Position numbers and translations under genes: made by a program. A stretch of 64,000 nucleotides of DNA from a bacterium (GTDB lineage Bacteria > Margulisbacteria > Marinamargulisbacteria > GCA-2716485 > JAYNIM01), in contig JAYNIM010000001.1 in the NCBI GenBank assembly GCA_038109055.1, forward strand, positions 459,365 through 523,364, read 5' to 3'. Below are positions 52,365 through 61,046 of this stretch, piece after piece (positions within the stretch are counted from its first letter, which is position 1; every line of letters starts with the position of its first letter). The notes under the pieces are model-generated. The model was not told where the DNA came from, did not search any database, and saw only the letters and a list, made by a program, of their open reading frames with translations.

Positions 52365-53854
52365 GTAAGTACCTCTTCTTTTAATAATTCTTCTAGAGCA
52401 GCTGCTATATGTTCTGGGTTTGATGTTGCTTTTTTCTTTAAGTCATCTATATTTCTTTCTTTTTGAATCTCTTCTTTTAGTTGTTCAAATTTAGTGACTT
52501 CGTTTTGCTTTTTATTCAAAGAGCTACTGCCCTTTTTTCTTGACTTTAAGAAAAAATAAACCAAAGTTAAGCCCATAGACAACATGCCTATAACACCCCA
52601 ACTTTCAAAATATTCAAAGATAGTTTTACTTTCATCTTTATAAAAAGGGGCTTTATTAAGAAAAATAATATCACGCCCATCTTGATAGCCTATAATTGCG
52701 GCTATGGTAGAAAACACCTCTATTTTTTTTGCATCATCCAGCACAATATCTTCGTTATATTCATCGACTATTATACTCACCGTTGTTCGTTTAATTTCGG
52801 CACTGTTACCGTCTTTTGATGCAGTAATTTCTGCATTTGCAGCTACCTTAAATGAATTTCTAGGAAAAACTCCAGCCAATTGTTTATTAATTTTACTTAA
52901 TATATTATTTTCAAAATTTTCTTTTATTGTGAACCATTGTTTAATATTCTCAAAATTTGGAAGTATTGGCTGCAATTCTTTTATTTCATCTGATTTTTCT
53001 TCTTTCTTTTTATCTAAGAGTCTATCTTTCTCAAAGACTTTTATTTTTTGTTCATTTTTTATTTCATCTAAAATACCATAGGACAACTCAGTTCCTTGTG
53101 TGTCTACAACTGTTATATTTTTAAGACTTAAGCTTTCTACGGCTTTTGCGACGAGCTGCATAATACTATAAACCATGGTTGTGGTTAATGTTTTACCAGG
53201 TGTTTTTCTAACCAAAATACTTGCTGTTACTGGGGGCTGTTTTGATATAAATAGACGCTCTTTAGGCATTACAATTTGAACTTTAGCATCTTCGATCATT
53301 TCCAAACTTGTAATGACTTTTTCGAGTTCTCCAGACAAGGCTCTTAAATAACGTACTTTCTTATCAAATTCTGTGACGCCTAAAGTTTGAGTATTGTCTA
53401 ATAACTCATAGCCTTTAACAGCACCTGAAGGCAAGCCCTTTGTTGCGAGTAATACCTTTGCAGTTTCTAATTTTTTACTATCGACTGATAAACTAAAATT
53501 CTTTCCTTTTTGTGCCAAGGTAAATGAAATATTTGCAAAGCTTAATTCTTTAATGACTTGTGAGACTTGTGTCGCTGGTAATTGTGGGTATAGAACCAGG
53601 TATTTTATTTTCTTATCCCGCTTGGTTTTTTTCTTTGTTTGAGATTGTGCCTCATTTTTCCCCTTATTTCCCTCTAACCCAATGTCATCATTATCTAAAT
53701 TAACATAAAATAATAGGCCTCCTATTATTAAGGCTGTCATAATAATGGCAGCCATCCATATATTTTTTTTATGAAATAACCTAGATGTTTTATCTTGTGT
53801 TAAGTTATTTAAATCTTCTTCTAAATCATCAATTATCAAATTTTCTTCTGCCAT
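52361..53854 (-). CDS. fliF: Flagellar MS-ring protein FliF (divergent)
   Basis: GLPSGAVKGYELLD, GVTEFD...RALSGELEKVI, AKVQIVMPKERLF, PVTASI, two TM helices. Confidence 0.92.
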   Translation of the reverse strand: MAEENLIIDDLEEDLNNLTQDKTSRLFHKKNIWMAAIIMTALIIGGLLFYVNLDNDDIGLEGNKGKNEAQSQTKKKTKRDKKIKYLVLYPQLPATQVSQVIKELSFANISFTLAQKGKNFSLSVDSKKLETAKVLLATKGLPSGAVKGYELLDNTQTLGVTEFDKKVRYLRALSGELEKVITSLEMIEDAKVQIVMPKERLFISKQPPVTASILVRKTPGKTLTTTMVYSIMQLVAKAVESLSLKNITVVDTQGTELSYGILDEIKNEQKIKVFEKDRLLDKKKEEKSDEIKELQPILPNFENIKQWFTIKENFENNILSKINKQLAGVFPRNSFKVAANAEITASKDGNSAEIKRTTVSIIVDEYNEDIVLDDAKKIEVFSTIAAIIGYQDGRDIIFLNKAPFYKDESKTIFEYFESWGVIGMLSMGLTLVYFFLKSRKKGSSSLNKKQNEVTKFEQLKEEIQKERNIDDLKKKATSNPEHIAAALEELLKEEVLT

Positions 53855-53860
53855 AACTAC

Positions 53861-54439
53861 CTAAATTTGCATTGATATTAATTCTTTGAATGTTTGAGAT
53901 GCAGTTGAAATAACCGTGGTTGCAAAGCTTATTGCTAAGTTTAATTTTGTCGTTTCAATCGATACCTCCTCGATTGATACTTTCCCTTCTACATATTTTT
54001 GCATAAGGTCATTTACTCTAAATTCTAACTGGCTAACACTGTTTAATGATTTAACGGCTTGTTCACTAAAATACTGAAAAGGTGTGATCTCTAGTGCATG
54101 GTCAAAATTTAAATATTCTAATTTTTCCTCTTCTTTCGTTTCTGCATCAAATAGCTCTTTTGTTCTTTTTTTTCTATCTTGAATTGTTAAATTTGGATCA
54201 TTTGCAGTTGCTGCTTGTGCAATTAAGACATGTTGATTTAAGTTAATTGGGTTATTTTGTATTGTTACTTGTGGTAGTGGATTTTTTTCCTGAGTTTTAT
54301 TATCCATTATTCCATCTAACAATAACTTAAACTCATTTTTTATTTCTGGTTTTACGATATTTTGCGCAAAGGATGTTGCTGATGTTGTGGGGTTTACGTT
54401 GTTAAGAGGGTTTATATTAAGGGGACTTATATTACTCAT
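53861..54439 (-). CDS. fliE: FliE homolog with long N-terminal extension
   Basis: C-terminal FliE pattern YVEGKVSIEEVSI...FKELISMQI; between flgC and fliF. Confidence 0.78.
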   Translation of the reverse strand: MSNISPLNINPLNNVNPTTSATSFAQNIVKPEIKNEFKLLLDGIMDNKTQEKNPLPQVTIQNNPINLNQHVLIAQAATANDPNLTIQDRKKRTKELFDAETKEEEKLEYLNFDHALEITPFQYFSEQAVKSLNSVSQLEFRVNDLMQKYVEGKVSIEEVSIETTKLNLAISFATTVISTASQTFKELISMQI

Positions 54440-54440
54440 A

Positions 54441-54896
54441 TTATTTCATTAACTCTATTGCACTTTGATACATTGATTTGCTAACTTTTAATGCGGTTAT
54501 GTTTGCCTCATATACGGCCTCTGTAAATGTTAATGTCATCATCTCATTAGGCAGATTAACATTTGGATAATAAAAATAACCATTTTCATCCGCTTGAGGT
54601 GCGGCTGGATCAAAATAACGCCCGAAAGGTTCTGTACTTCTTTTTATTCCAGTTACTTTTACCCCGTCTTTAAATTTTTCTAGTTGAATATATTTCTTTT
54701 GATAAGGTAATCCTGTTTCTTCGTCTTTTAAAGTATTTAAGTTTGCAACATTTTCTGCGATAATCATCATTTTTGTTCTCTGTGCTAAAATCCCCGATAT
54801 ATTTATAGAAAATGAATCATCTAAATTTGAAACTGCATAGACTGAGTATGATACGTATACTGTTATTATACATATAATTGCCGTTATTCTATTCAT
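54441..54896 (-). CDS. flgC: Basal-body rod protein FlgC with N-terminal signal-like sequence
   Basis: SGILAQRTKMMIIAENVANLNT, PYQKK, FDPAAPQADENGY..YPNVN..EM, YEAN. Confidence 0.9.
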   Translation of the reverse strand: MNRITAIICIITVYVSYSVYAVSNLDDSFSINISGILAQRTKMMIIAENVANLNTLKDEETGLPYQKKYIQLEKFKDGVKVTGIKRSTEPFGRYFDPAAPQADENGYFYYPNVNLPNEMMTLTFTEAVYEANITALKVSKSMYQSAIELMK

Positions 54897-55309
54897 TATT
54901 GTTTACCTAGTGTCACTACTTTTCTTAAATTCTCTACGCGTTTTTTATAAAGTGTATATAACGCTTGTTGCCGTTTGTTGTTTTCTGCAATTTTTCCCAT
55001 AAAATGTTCTATCATTACTTTCGAAAAGTATGCTTTATCTTCTGTTTCAACATTAAACAAGCGCTCTAATTCGGCTCTATCTTCTGGTAATAAAATTGGC
55101 CTAAATTTTGGTGTTGTGGCATTTGCTATGTTGTATGAATATATCGCATGTTTTTGGTTACTATATTTTATAGCACGCTCTAATACCATCCCTGTTGAAT
55201 CTTCAAGTATATGTCCTTTTGTTTTACTTTTTGCTATATCTAGTTTTTGTGCTAGTAAGGACGTAGTTAAACTTATAAATATAGCTATTACCAGTATTCT
55301 CGCTATCAT
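54896..55309 (-). CDS. flgB: Basal-body rod protein FlgB with N-terminal signal-like sequence
   Basis: LERAI...NIANATTPKFR rod motif; precedes flgC. Confidence 0.78.
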   Translation of the reverse strand: MIARILVIAIFISLTTSLLAQKLDIAKSKTKGHILEDSTGMVLERAIKYSNQKHAIYSYNIANATTPKFRPILLPEDRAELERLFNVETEDKAYFSKVMIEHFMGKIAENNKRQQALYTLYKKRVENLRKVVTLGKQ

Positions 55310-55318
55310 ATTTTTTGT

Positions 55319-56044
55319 TTATATATAAATATCTTTTTCTTCTAATTCTAAATATCTCTTAATTAATTTTAACGCTTCCATATGGACTCTGCAAACTTTG
55401 CTTTTGGACACCTTTAATTTCTCTGCAACTTCGTTTTGTTTCATGTTACTTTGATAAATTAATTGTATAACTTCTTTCTTAGCTGATTCTAATTTATTCA
55501 CAATATTCCATATATTTGTTGTACTTTCAATATACGCTTCTTCTATATCTCTTCCACACGTATTGGCGGTAGAAAATTTCTCTAAATCGTTGGTATTTAG
55601 TAGATAGGATACGGATGACTGTGTCACGATCTCATTTAATGTTTTTTCAAAACTTTGTCTATTTGCTTTATTTTTATCGTCGAGTATATTCTCCGTAATC
55701 TCCATCATTTTTTCTTGTATATTTTCTCTATATCTTGCGTATTCAGCAGGATTCTTTTGTTTCCATTCCAACCTCAAATTATCCATTATCTGACCTTGAA
55801 TACGATAATATGCGTAGGTTTTAAAATTAGATTCTTTTTTTTCTTTGTATTGCACTTTCGCTTTAATCAAGCCTTCAATACCCCAACTGATTAAATCCTC
55901 TTTTTCAACACCTGAAGGTATTTTAGACTTCATAAATATTTTACTCGCAACTCCTTTAACTAGAATTAAATGGTCATCGATAAATGCTTGTGATACTTGC
56001 TGTTGTAATATCTCTTCTTTGCTATTCATATTTATGTTAGTCAA
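55319..56044 (-). CDS. fliA: FliA/WhiG-like (sigma-28 family) sigma factor
   Basis: EDLISWGIEGL, FKTYAYYRIQGQIMDNLR (region 2), QNEVAEKLKVSKSKVCRVH (region 4). Confidence 0.8.
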   Translation of the reverse strand: MTNINMNSKEEILQQQVSQAFIDDHLILVKGVASKIFMKSKIPSGVEKEDLISWGIEGLIKAKVQYKEKKESNFKTYAYYRIQGQIMDNLRLEWKQKNPAEYARYRENIQEKMMEITENILDDKNKANRQSFEKTLNEIVTQSSVSYLLNTNDLEKFSTANTCGRDIEEAYIESTTNIWNIVNKLESAKKEVIQLIYQSNMKQNEVAEKLKVSKSKVCRVHMEALKLIKRYLELEEKDIYI

Positions 56045-56672
56045 TTAATTTTTGTTTTGTTTTGTGTATATATATGATATCTCTTTCTTCATTATAATCT
56101 ATAGTATCAGATACGATTAAAAAAACAGATTCTTCTATTTTTTCATCTAAACTATTCTCTTGTGCTAATATACTTATACTCTTTTTTTGAATAGTGCTAT
56201 TATTTTTATTTAACTCTACTCTTGAGACTATTCTAAAGGATTTTTCTGGGAATGCTTCTCTCAACTTTCTTTTTACTCTATTGGATAAATTGTTTTCTAT
56301 ATGTTCTTTCCGTGAGAGTGATGCATCTTTGGGCAAAAATTTTTCCTCAAACTTTAATAAATCCATTTTTGCAAGTTTATCTGCCATTTCTTTAGCTAGC
56401 AGATCATTGATCATGTCACTTTGTGTCACATCTATATAATCGATATCTTCATCTATAAATATTTCCATTTTTTTAAAAGCAGGTTCCGTTAAAATCTTCT
56501 TGATAAAAAAAGACTGCATAAACTGGACTGCTTCTTTTCTTGTTCTGGGTTTTTTATTATTATACAAACTTGAAGAATAATGATTAGCCGCTAATGGTAT
56601 TCCTTCGTAACTCATTGATGGAATAGCATAACTAATAGCAATAATACCTATAATTATTATAATTTTGTTCAA
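56037..56672 (-). CDS. FlgJ rod-binding-like domain fused to a FliF RBM3-like domain, with signal-like N-terminus
   Basis: flgJ position after flgI; KEAVQFMQSFFIKKIL...DMINDLLAKEMADKLAK resembles the rod-binding domain; C-terminal ~90 aa align with this window's FliF. Confidence 0.65.
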   Translation of the reverse strand: MNKIIIIIGIIAISYAIPSMSYEGIPLAANHYSSSLYNNKKPRTRKEAVQFMQSFFIKKILTEPAFKKMEIFIDEDIDYIDVTQSDMINDLLAKEMADKLAKMDLLKFEEKFLPKDASLSRKEHIENNLSNRVKRKLREAFPEKSFRIVSRVELNKNNSTIQKKSISILAQENSLDEKIEESVFLIVSDTIDYNEERDIIYIHKTKQKLID

Positions 56673-57727
56673 ATGATTTCAATGTTTGCTATCAGTGCGC
56701 CTGCTTCTTTTAGTGCTTGTATAATTGAAATTAAATCTCTTGGAGAAGCACCAATTTCATTTAAAGTATCTACTAAGCTTGATAGTGTTTCGTTTGATTT
56801 TAAATATACTAACTTTTTCTTCTCTTCATCAATTTCTAACTGATTTTGCTGATCTGATATTGCACCTGCTTGTGGTTCTGTAATTCGAATAGATACAGCC
56901 CCATGTGTCAAGGCTACAGGGCTTAAACGCACCATTTCTCCAATTACAATGGTACCTGTTCTTTCATTAATGACAATTTTTGCTGATTGGTCAGGCTTTA
57001 CTGAAATATTTTCTAATTTTGCAATGGTACTAATTAAATTTGCTGAATTCAAATCTGTTAATGGTATTTTAATTTGTCTAGCATCTAATGCTTTTGCACC
57101 TAAAAAGCCCTCATCATGGATGGCATTAACTGCACGATCTATAGTTATAAAATTTGAATCATTTAAAACAATGGAGATATTGTGCACATCTGTAAAGGTG
57201 ACGGGAACTTCTTTTTCTACAATGGCCCCATCTGTGATAATTCCAACTGTTGGTTTGTTTTTAGCATACATAATGGTACTTGAACGCTGTGCTGCACCTC
57301 CCACTACAACCGAACCTTGGCCAACAGCATAAACTCTCATATCAGCACCTTTCAAGGGGGTCATCAATAAGGTACCTCCATCTAAACTAGATGCATCTCC
57401 GAGTGCTGATACCGTTAGTGAAATCCGTTGTCCTGACTTTACAAATGCGGGTAGGGTTGCTGTCACCATCACGGCTGCCGTGTTTCGTATATTACCAACA
57501 CTACCTACTTGTACACCCATTTTAACTAATAAATTTCTCAGTGCAGTTGGTGTAAAAAAGGTATTTCGACTGTCACCAGTACTTTTCAATCCAACCACTA
57601 AGCCAAATCCAATTAATTGGTTATCTCTCATTTCTACAATTTTTGAAATATCTTTTAACCTTACTTCTACAGCAAAGCTTGCTGTAGTAAAGCTAAATAA
57701 TACTAGTAGTAACAATGCTCGTTTCAT
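56669..57727 (-). CDS. flgI: Flagellar P-ring protein
   Basis: RLKDI, RDNQLIGFGLVVGL..TGD, AAVMVTATLP, INERTGTIVIG, DLISIIQALKEAGAL. Confidence 0.96.
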   Translation of the reverse strand: MKRALLLLVLFSFTTASFAVEVRLKDISKIVEMRDNQLIGFGLVVGLKSTGDSRNTFFTPTALRNLLVKMGVQVGSVGNIRNTAAVMVTATLPAFVKSGQRISLTVSALGDASSLDGGTLLMTPLKGADMRVYAVGQGSVVVGGAAQRSSTIMYAKNKPTVGIITDGAIVEKEVPVTFTDVHNISIVLNDSNFITIDRAVNAIHDEGFLGAKALDARQIKIPLTDLNSANLISTIAKLENISVKPDQSAKIVINERTGTIVIGEMVRLSPVALTHGAVSIRITEPQAGAISDQQNQLEIDEEKKKLVYLKSNETLSSLVDTLNEIGASPRDLISIIQALKEAGALIANIEII

Positions 57728-57729
57728 TT

Positions 57730-58338
57730 TTAAAATACCCAATTAAATATCCTACTTATTATTCCTGGATTCTGCTTGGCTGCAACTGGTCCCCCTCTAC
57801 CGCTTACTGAAACCTCAGCTTTTGCAATTTGATACGAAAAAATAGTATTCTTTGGAGTCACATCTGCAGGCCGCACAATCCCAGATACTCGAATAGTTTC
57901 GATGTCATGATTCACTTTAACCTTGTGTTCTCCCACTACAAATAAATTCCCGCTCTTTAACACTTCTGTCACAATTGCCGTTATAATTGCCTTTACGTTG
58001 CTTTTTCTCGTCGTTTGTCCATTGCCTTGATATCTATCACCCCCGCCTATAGAGATATCTCGTTTTTTCCTCACTCGTTCATTGCCTAATAAATTAGCCA
58101 CTTGATCCCAATTGTCTGCAAGTGATGAGGTTAGTGAGGTTGTTTTTCCTGAAGAGGTGCTCGCCTGTTGTACAGCGGAGGTGGATTCGGATACGTAGAT
58201 AGTAACGATATCCCCCACTGAAATTCTTCGTCGCGATGGTTGGTATATGCCTTCACTATAGGTTCTCCATAATGAATCTGCCCCAATAGATGTTGTTACT
58301 AAGATTAATAAACTAATCAATATAAATATTTTTTTCAT
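57730..58338 (-). CDS. flgH: Flagellar L-ring protein (no lipobox Cys)
   Basis: VGDIVTI.VSE, VTEVLKSGNLFVVGEH, SGIVRPADV..NTI.S.QIA, C-terminal PGIISRIFNWVF. Confidence 0.92.
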   Translation of the reverse strand: MKKIFILISLLILVTTSIGADSLWRTYSEGIYQPSRRRISVGDIVTIYVSESTSAVQQASTSSGKTTSLTSSLADNWDQVANLLGNERVRKKRDISIGGGDRYQGNGQTTRKSNVKAIITAIVTEVLKSGNLFVVGEHKVKVNHDIETIRVSGIVRPADVTPKNTIFSYQIAKAEVSVSGRGGPVAAKQNPGIISRIFNWVF

Positions 58339-59050
58339 CTATCACTTTTCCTTTTAATCGTTTTAGTGTTGATAATTTTGATGTTACCGGTATGTACCCA
58401 CCTATTTGACCATCCGCTAATGCTTGTCCATCAACTTTTATTTGCCCCCATTTTTTATTTATTAAAATTGATATAGGATCACCTTTTTGTATTGCTGGTT
58501 TTTCTTCTATGGCTAAATAATGTACCTGTGTATTTTTAGGAATACTACGTTTTGCTATTTTTCCTATCATTTCTTCCTTAGTAAATATATAATTCTGCAG
58601 GGTTGATAATTTTGAATAAATTAATTTTTCTTTCATGATTAAATCAGACTCTGTAATCATTTTACCTCGTTGAATCAAGTGCTTTGTGACAGGCATTTTT
58701 GTGGTTGCTTCTATTTTTAATAAAAGGGTCTGTCTTTCTAGAAGAGTCCCCTGCCGGTCATAGAAAAAAATCGGCTGTATTTGAGTCCCCAGTAAATCGT
58801 TGATTTTAGGGTCTGGACATTTAAAATAACTGGCTTTTTCAGGTATATCTAATTTTGTTAAATCAATTTTGAATGTCATTTTAAAGGTCATTAATTCTGC
58901 ATTTATATTTCCCAGAACATGCTCTAATTTTTGTCGATAGACAGTTCTGACTTCTTTTTTGATATCTGCTAGACTCACCGCAGCATGAATCGTATTTATC
59001 GCTAGACTCACAATCAAACTAATAATAAAAAAAAGCCTACTTAATGTCAC
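58313..59050 (-). CDS. flgA: P-ring assembly chaperone FlgA
   Basis: Signal peptide, SAF-like region, IQKGDPISI, GQALADGQIGGYIPV; between flgG and flgH. Confidence 0.85.
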   Translation of the reverse strand: MTLSRLFFIISLIVSLAINTIHAAVSLADIKKEVRTVYRQKLEHVLGNINAELMTFKMTFKIDLTKLDIPEKASYFKCPDPKINDLLGTQIQPIFFYDRQGTLLERQTLLLKIEATTKMPVTKHLIQRGKMITESDLIMKEKLIYSKLSTLQNYIFTKEEMIGKIAKRSIPKNTQVHYLAIEEKPAIQKGDPISILINKKWGQIKVDGQALADGQIGGYIPVTSKLSTLKRLKGKVIDEKNIYID

Positions 59051-59834
59051 TTCCAGCCTTTAGCATATCATCGGATGCTTTCATTGCTTTAATAACCGTT
59101 TCAAAGGAACGTTGACACATCAGCATTTCCATCATTTCAGAGATAATATCTACATTTGAAAATTCCAATGATCGTTGCCTGATAGACCCCATGCCCTGTT
59201 CACCCGGTATAATTAATTGTGGATCCCCAGAGCTTTCTGTTTCTTGCATTAAATTTTGGCCAATATCTTTTAAACCTTCTGGATTCATAAACTTTGCTAA
59301 GACCATCTGTCCAATTTCTTGTTGTTGAGTATCTCCATCTAATAAGGCAAAAATTCGGCCTTCTTGATTCACAATAATTTCTCTTGCTTCTAAAGGGATA
59401 GTTAATGGTGGATCTAAGGGATGTCCGCTAGAATTTAATACTCTTCCTTGACTGTCTACATGAAAATTTCCTGCTCGACTATAAGCGGCGCTTCCATCTG
59501 GCAATTGAAACTGAAACATACCATTCCCTTCGATTGCCATATCCATTTGCCTGTTTGTTACTTCGATTGTTCCAGTACTAAAGTTCTTTGTAATACCCAC
59601 GAACCGAACACCTTGACCAAACTCGATATATTTTTTTCTACGTTTGCTGCTACCTGTTTCTTCATCAGACTCCGTCACAGCTCTTTCAAAAATTAATGGA
59701 AACAAACTTTCCATCTCTAAGCGTCTTTCCTTATATCCTGGTGTTTGTGCATTTGAGATATTATTTGTAATAACCTGCATTTTTCGTTGAAACGAATATA
59801 ATGCTGATTTTGCCATATGTAATTGAGATAACAT
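59037..59834 (-). CDS. flgG: Distal rod protein FlgG
   Basis: NNISNAQTPGYK, GQGVR, DMAIEGNGMFQ, YSRAGNF, LEFSNVDIISEM; AAGGAG RBS. Confidence 0.92.
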   Translation of the reverse strand: MLSQLHMAKSALYSFQRKMQVITNNISNAQTPGYKERRLEMESLFPLIFERAVTESDEETGSSKRRKKYIEFGQGVRFVGITKNFSTGTIEVTNRQMDMAIEGNGMFQFQLPDGSAAYSRAGNFHVDSQGRVLNSSGHPLDPPLTIPLEAREIIVNQEGRIFALLDGDTQQQEIGQMVLAKFMNPEGLKDIGQNLMQETESSGDPQLIIPGEQGMGSIRQRSLEFSNVDIISEMMEMLMCQRSFETVIKAMKASDDMLKAGSDIK

Positions 59835-59852
59835 AATTAAACTCCTTTTATT

Positions 59853-60659
59853 TTAATTTGGTGCGGCAATTTGTGTCGCTGTATTGGCTGATCGTGCCAA
59901 TACTTTAAGAACCTTTGCATTTGATTGATACCCATTTGTTGCATAGGTTATATCTCCTACTAAGGCTTTTACTACATTATTTTCTTCTATATGACCTTGT
60001 ACAACTTTATAGTACTCAACCCCACTCAAAATTTCAGCCTCTTCTACTAGTACAAATACGGATCCATTCAGTGAATTGAGCTTTTGCATTTCTTTATAGG
60101 AGGCAAATACCGCTACTTTTATACGATCTACTTCTTCACCATCTACGTATATCATTCCAGATCGTGACACAACAACATCGCCTTTAGGCAAGTATATTGG
60201 CCCTTTATCACCTAATACGGGATAATTTCCGGCAACAGTGACTAAACGGTCACTCCCATCTCTCGTGAAGCGCCCATCTCGGGTATAACCCAGAGTTGTT
60301 TTTAATTGTATAACAAAAAAACCTTTACTCATCGCATCTATGTAAAAATCTAATGGTCTATGTGTTTCAACGACCGGACCTGCTCGCCAACGATAAAAAG
60401 GAATGGCATCTATTCGTTTCTCTCCATTCTTATCAATCATTCTTGAATTAAACGCGCCTGTTTCGATAAAGCCTGGTGTGTTTACATTCATGGTGTAAAA
60501 CAACCAATTACTCCACTGAATTTGAAAAGCCCTCATTGCTTGCATACTTCCATTAGCGGCAATATCTTGAATCTCACCATAATCCTCATAAGAAGAAAGG
60601 TTACTCGTTATGATAAGTAGACATACTATCAAGGTCTTTATTTTATTAATACCGTTCAT
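59853..60659 (-). CDS. flgF: Rod protein FlgF-like with N-terminal signal-like sequence
   Basis: NVNTPGF, ETHRPLDFYI, YTRDGRF, G.PVLG, QGHIEENNV; precedes flgG. Confidence 0.82.
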   Translation of the reverse strand: MNGINKIKTLIVCLLIITSNLSSYEDYGEIQDIAANGSMQAMRAFQIQWSNWLFYTMNVNTPGFIETGAFNSRMIDKNGEKRIDAIPFYRWRAGPVVETHRPLDFYIDAMSKGFFVIQLKTTLGYTRDGRFTRDGSDRLVTVAGNYPVLGDKGPIYLPKGDVVVSRSGMIYVDGEEVDRIKVAVFASYKEMQKLNSLNGSVFVLVEEAEILSGVEYYKVVQGHIEENNVVKALVGDITYATNGYQSNAKVLKVLARSANTATQIAAPN

Positions 60660-60674
60660 TTATCTCTATTCTCA

Positions 60675-61046
60675 TTATTTTCTTTTTAGTTTCTTATTAA
60701 TCTTATTTCGTTTATCCGATAATTTTTCAAGTTGATACGCAAAGGCTAACACCTCTGCTATTATAGCATATAATTTTGATGGTATATGTTGATTCAATTC
60801 TAATTTAGACAACAAATTACTTAATACGGGATCTTCATACAGAGGTATTTTGTGATCTTCTGCAATATGTAAAATCATTTCAGCAATTGAGGCTTTACCA
60901 GATGCAACGATTTTTGGGGCCTTGTCTTTTTCAATATCATATTTTATTGCGACTGCTTTTAACTTTTCTTTTTTGGGTAGATTTAACTGATCAATACGTT
61001 TCTTAAAGTTGATCTTATGTTTCTTCTGATTCTCGTTTGCCATCAT
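60675..61046 (-). CDS. Stand-alone FlhB C-terminal-domain protein (EscU/YscU/HrcU family)
   Basis: KAVAIKYD...APKIVASG...IAEMI...IPLYED..L...L...IP..LY.IIAEVLAF; no TM domain. Confidence 0.9.
   Translation of the reverse strand: MMANENQKKHKINFKKRIDQLNLPKKEKLKAVAIKYDIEKDKAPKIVASGKASIAEMILHIAEDHKIPLYEDPVLSNLLSKLELNQHIPSKLYAIIAEVLAFAYQLEKLSDKRNKINKKLKRK

Noticed and set aside
60675..61046. Truncated flhB pseudogene
   Set aside because: Stand-alone FlhB C-terminal proteins paired with FliK-like genes are a known intact family, and no flhB TM remnant lies upstream
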